Assembly: GCF_006345805.1 (NCBI RefSeq)
Contig: NW_021826072.1
Coordinates: 1-13,752, forward strand
DNA: 13,752 bases
Reading direction: 5' to 3'
From: Octopus sinensis
Taxonomy: Eukaryota
Shown: positions 11,142 to 13,752 of the stretch, piece by piece
Position numbering within the stretch: the stretch's first letter is position 1
How the letters are laid out: each line of letters begins with the position of its first letter
Program-made: the position numbers and the translations under genes
The notes under the pieces: model-generated
Seen by the model: the letters and a program-made list of their open reading frames with translations, nothing else
What the model was told of the DNA's origin: nothing
Databases searched by the model: none

Positions 11142-11274
11142 TAATCTATGGCCTTCCAGCATGCTTCTCTTGTTGGCTTCTGAAGCCAGCTCTGAAGGGA
11201 CAAACTCGGCCACTTTCATTACACTTAACCATTTAGCATTTAAACCGGCCATGACCGTTCAACCAGCCAAATCT

Positions 11275-11582
11275 GGCACATGGCCTAGTGGTTAGAGCAG
11301 CGGACTCGCGGTCGAGGGATCGCGGGTTCGAATCTCAGACCGGGTGATATGTGTGTTCATGAGCGAAACACCTAAGCTCCACGCGGCTCCGGCAGAAGGG
11401 CAATGACGAACTTCTGCTGACTCTTTCGCCACAACTTTCTCTCACTTCTTTCCTCCTGCATCTTGCAGCTCACCTGCGACGGACCGGCGTCCCGTCCAGG
11501 TGGGGAACCTATACGCCAAGGAAACCGGGAAACCGGCCCTTATGAGCTAAGCATGGCTCGAGAAGGAACAAACAAAGACAAA
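11275..11582 (+). mobile_element. Full-length tRNA-derived SINE with Meta/V-domain-like block
   Basis: A box TGGCCTAGTGG, B box GGTTCGAATCT, (ACAA)-type tail, TSD CAAATCTGGC at 11268-11277 and 11583-11592 (partly overlapping the SINE's 5' GGC). Confidence 0.92.
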
Positions 11583-11685
11583 CAAATCTGGCCTCTCACG
11601 CCTAACCTACAATGTCATTCTGGAAACAAACAATCGTATTAAAATCTCAAAGCTACGAAACAACATATATGAATATATAAACAAT

Positions 11686-11850
11686 GGCGCAGGAGTGGCT
11701 GTGTGGTAAGTAGCTTGTTTACCAACCACATGATTCCGGGTTCAGTCCCACTGCGTGGCATCTTGGGCAAGTGTCTTCTGCTATAGCCCCGGGCCGACCA
11801 AAGCCTTGTGAGTGGATTTGGTAGACGGAAACTGAAAGAAGCCTGTCGTA

Positions 11851-11934
<84 letters not shown>

Positions 11935-12130
11935 TGTGTCTGTGTTTGTCCCCCTAGCATTGCTTGACAACCGATGCTGGTGTGTTTACGTCCCCGCCAA
12001 CTAGCGGTTCGGCAAAAGAGACCGATAGAATAAGTACAGGGCTTACAAAGAATAAGTCCCGGGGTCGAGTCGCTCGACTAAAGGCGGTGCTCCAGCATGG
12101 CCGCAGTCAAATGACTGAAACAAGTAAATA
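11686..12130 (+). mobile_element. Full-length CORE-type SINE (octopus OR-like) with internal (TA)n(TG)n
   Basis: A-box-like TGGCTGTGTGG, B-box-like GGTTCAGTCC, CORE-like CTTGGGCAAGTGTCTT, microsatellite ~11849-11935, LINE-like 3' tail ending GAAACAAGTAAA. Confidence 0.9.
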
Positions 12131-12593
12131 AAAATGGGAATATATTACATTTGAAACAGTAATGTGAATGCTAAGGGGTTAAAAACGTGCGACTATTGGA
12201 CCAACAAGTTCTCCTTTCCTGACTGCCCGCTTTACATTAACCTATTGTAGTGAAGCTTCCTGAAACTTTCTGATTTTATTGGTTTTGTTTGCGCTCCAGT
12301 TACTTCTGTCTAGCGCTGAAGACTCCCCGAATTGGGTCAGAGAATATTTCTCTTATTTTACGCATTCCGTAAATCGCAATTTCGACTGATGCTGTGATCG
12401 CGAGGCAAACGTCAGTTCACCAAAAGCGAATTGCTTTTTGAGATTCTGCCGTCATTAATCGAATGACACGGCCTAAACCGGCAGAGTCTGTATTTATGGG
12501 TTTCTTTTTTTACTTCAAGGTTGAGTGTGTCAGCATTTTAGAATATTTCAGAATCAGACGTATGTGTACTTCATTGACTGCCTAGAATATTGT

Positions 12594-12594
<1 letters not shown>

Positions 12595-12626
<32 letters not shown>

Positions 12627-12753
12627 AAGTGTATGTTTGTGTATGTATGTATACGTATTTATGTATGTGTGTATGCATGTATCTATGTATATATTATATA
12701 CATAGATAGTACATATCATACATATATGCAGTATCTATCTATCTATCTATCTA

Positions 12754-12804
<51 letters not shown>

Positions 12805-12809
12805 ATATA

Positions 12810-12877
<68 letters not shown>

Positions 12878-12886
12878 ATATATATG
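12595..12886. repeat. Compound (GT)n/(TATC)n/(TA)n microsatellite
   Basis: Direct reading. Confidence 0.96.
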
Positions 12887-13043
12887 ATTAATCTTGAGAT
12901 TGCTCCGATCTGGCCAGCCCCAAAGAAAAACTAAGCTACGAGCATTAGATTTCTTGGAAAAAGGATCGAATGTATACGAAACAAGGACAGAAAAACGGAC
13001 GATGTTACACGAATATAAATACAAAAAACAAAAAGTAATACGA

Positions 13044-13047
<4 letters not shown>

Positions 13048-13081
<34 letters not shown>

Positions 13082-13128
13082 TATATATATATATATTATA
13101 TAATATATTCTGATTGTATATACATATA
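13048..13128. repeat. Imperfect (TA)n microsatellite
   Basis: Direct reading. Confidence 0.93.
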
Positions 13129-13434
13129 TAAGGTTAGATGAGTTAGAGGTTAAAATAATCGTCTAAGGGATTAGAAGTATCCATTACACAACCAATATAT
13201 TAACTATGTTTAACCATGGGCAATACATATACAAGCGTATTATGCTCATAAGTTATAGGCAAAGACAAAGATAAACATGAGTTTATCAAGAATCAAAATT
13301 TAAAGACGACAGAAAATCGAGAAATATCGATGAACAACAATTGACTTAAATTAGTTATTAGTTATTTATTTGTTTATTATTTATTTTTTATTATTTATAT
13401 ATATGTGTATATTTGTATATTTGTGTATATAGCA

Positions 13435-13615
13435 ATGTAATTACACACGTGCTGCTGGTGATTTTTTTTCCTTCTTTGGCTTTTTCCCTTTTTTCTTTTT
13501 CCTTCTTGACGAAGAGCTATGCTTGAAACGTCAAAGACTCCCACTTTTCATTGAGCTTCAAACTAATGCATTCAATGTTATTGTTATTCTGAACGTTGAG
13601 TGTTTAATTTGACTA
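13435..13615 (+). mobile_element. Second, more decayed hammerhead-bearing short element related to 425-629
   Basis: Same order of parts: ATGT..TGGYGATTTTT, pyrimidine tract, hammerhead core, TGAGC, ..ACTATA, then (TA)-rich repeat. Confidence 0.6.
13502..13536 (+). ncRNA. Decayed minimal hammerhead-like motif (GUC site)
   Basis: CTTC-TTGACGA-A-GAGC-TAT-GCTT-GAAAC-GTC-AAAG; helix II kept with a G-U pair, C3U core change, helix I imperfect. Confidence 0.55.
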
Positions 13616-13659
13616 TATACGCATATATATATGTATGTATATGTATGTGTATATGAATG

Positions 13660-13698
<39 letters not shown>

Positions 13699-13700
13699 AC
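13616..13700. repeat. (TA)n/(TATG)n microsatellite
   Basis: Direct reading. Confidence 0.93.
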
Positions 13701-13752
13701 ATATCGTTGCTATTATATTAAACTGCCGTATATCCAAATTTGGTCAAATGCG

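Larger units (their letters stand above)
11225..12182. mobile_element. piggyBac-type MITE (TTAA TSD, 12-bp TIR) with two nested SINEs
   Basis: TTAA-CCATTTAGCATT (11225-11240) and AATGCTAAGGGG-TTAA (12167-12182); TIR 10/12 match; about 190 bp remain after removing the two SINEs. Confidence 0.75.

Noticed and set aside
11275-11345. tRNA gene (also heads at 8907, 10715, 11686)
   Set aside because: A/B boxes are present but each continues into a SINE body with tail or TSD; no complete cloverleaf seen.
12384-12417. CTGATG..AAACGTC hammerhead-like string
   Set aside because: Both core segments are broken (CTGATGC, GCAAAC); treated as a plain hairpin.

Overview
Eukaryotic, AT-rich, microsatellite-dense, almost entirely repetitive DNA, most consistent with a cephalopod (Octopus-like) genome; no host protein-coding gene can be supported. 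Contents: two distinct 5'-truncated, frameshifted RLE-type (R4/Dong-like) non-LTR retrotransposons lying head-to-tail in one (AAT)n tract (1358-3087, 3161-5393); a decayed DD37D (maT-type Tc1/mariner) transposase (6191-7050); three unrelated tRNA-derived SINE families in several copies; a TTAA-flanked piggyBac-type MITE with two nested SINEs; a small Tc1/mariner/pogo-type MITE; and a 548-bp non-coding element inside an (ATT)n tract. The most interesting items are three hammerhead-ribozyme-like motifs (two minimal Penelope-type in related ~200-bp elements, one degenerate canonical type I) and a SINE trimer (one full head plus two exact 184-bp headless units) bracketed by a single 14-bp target-site duplication. 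All alignments and counts were made by eye; no searches were run.
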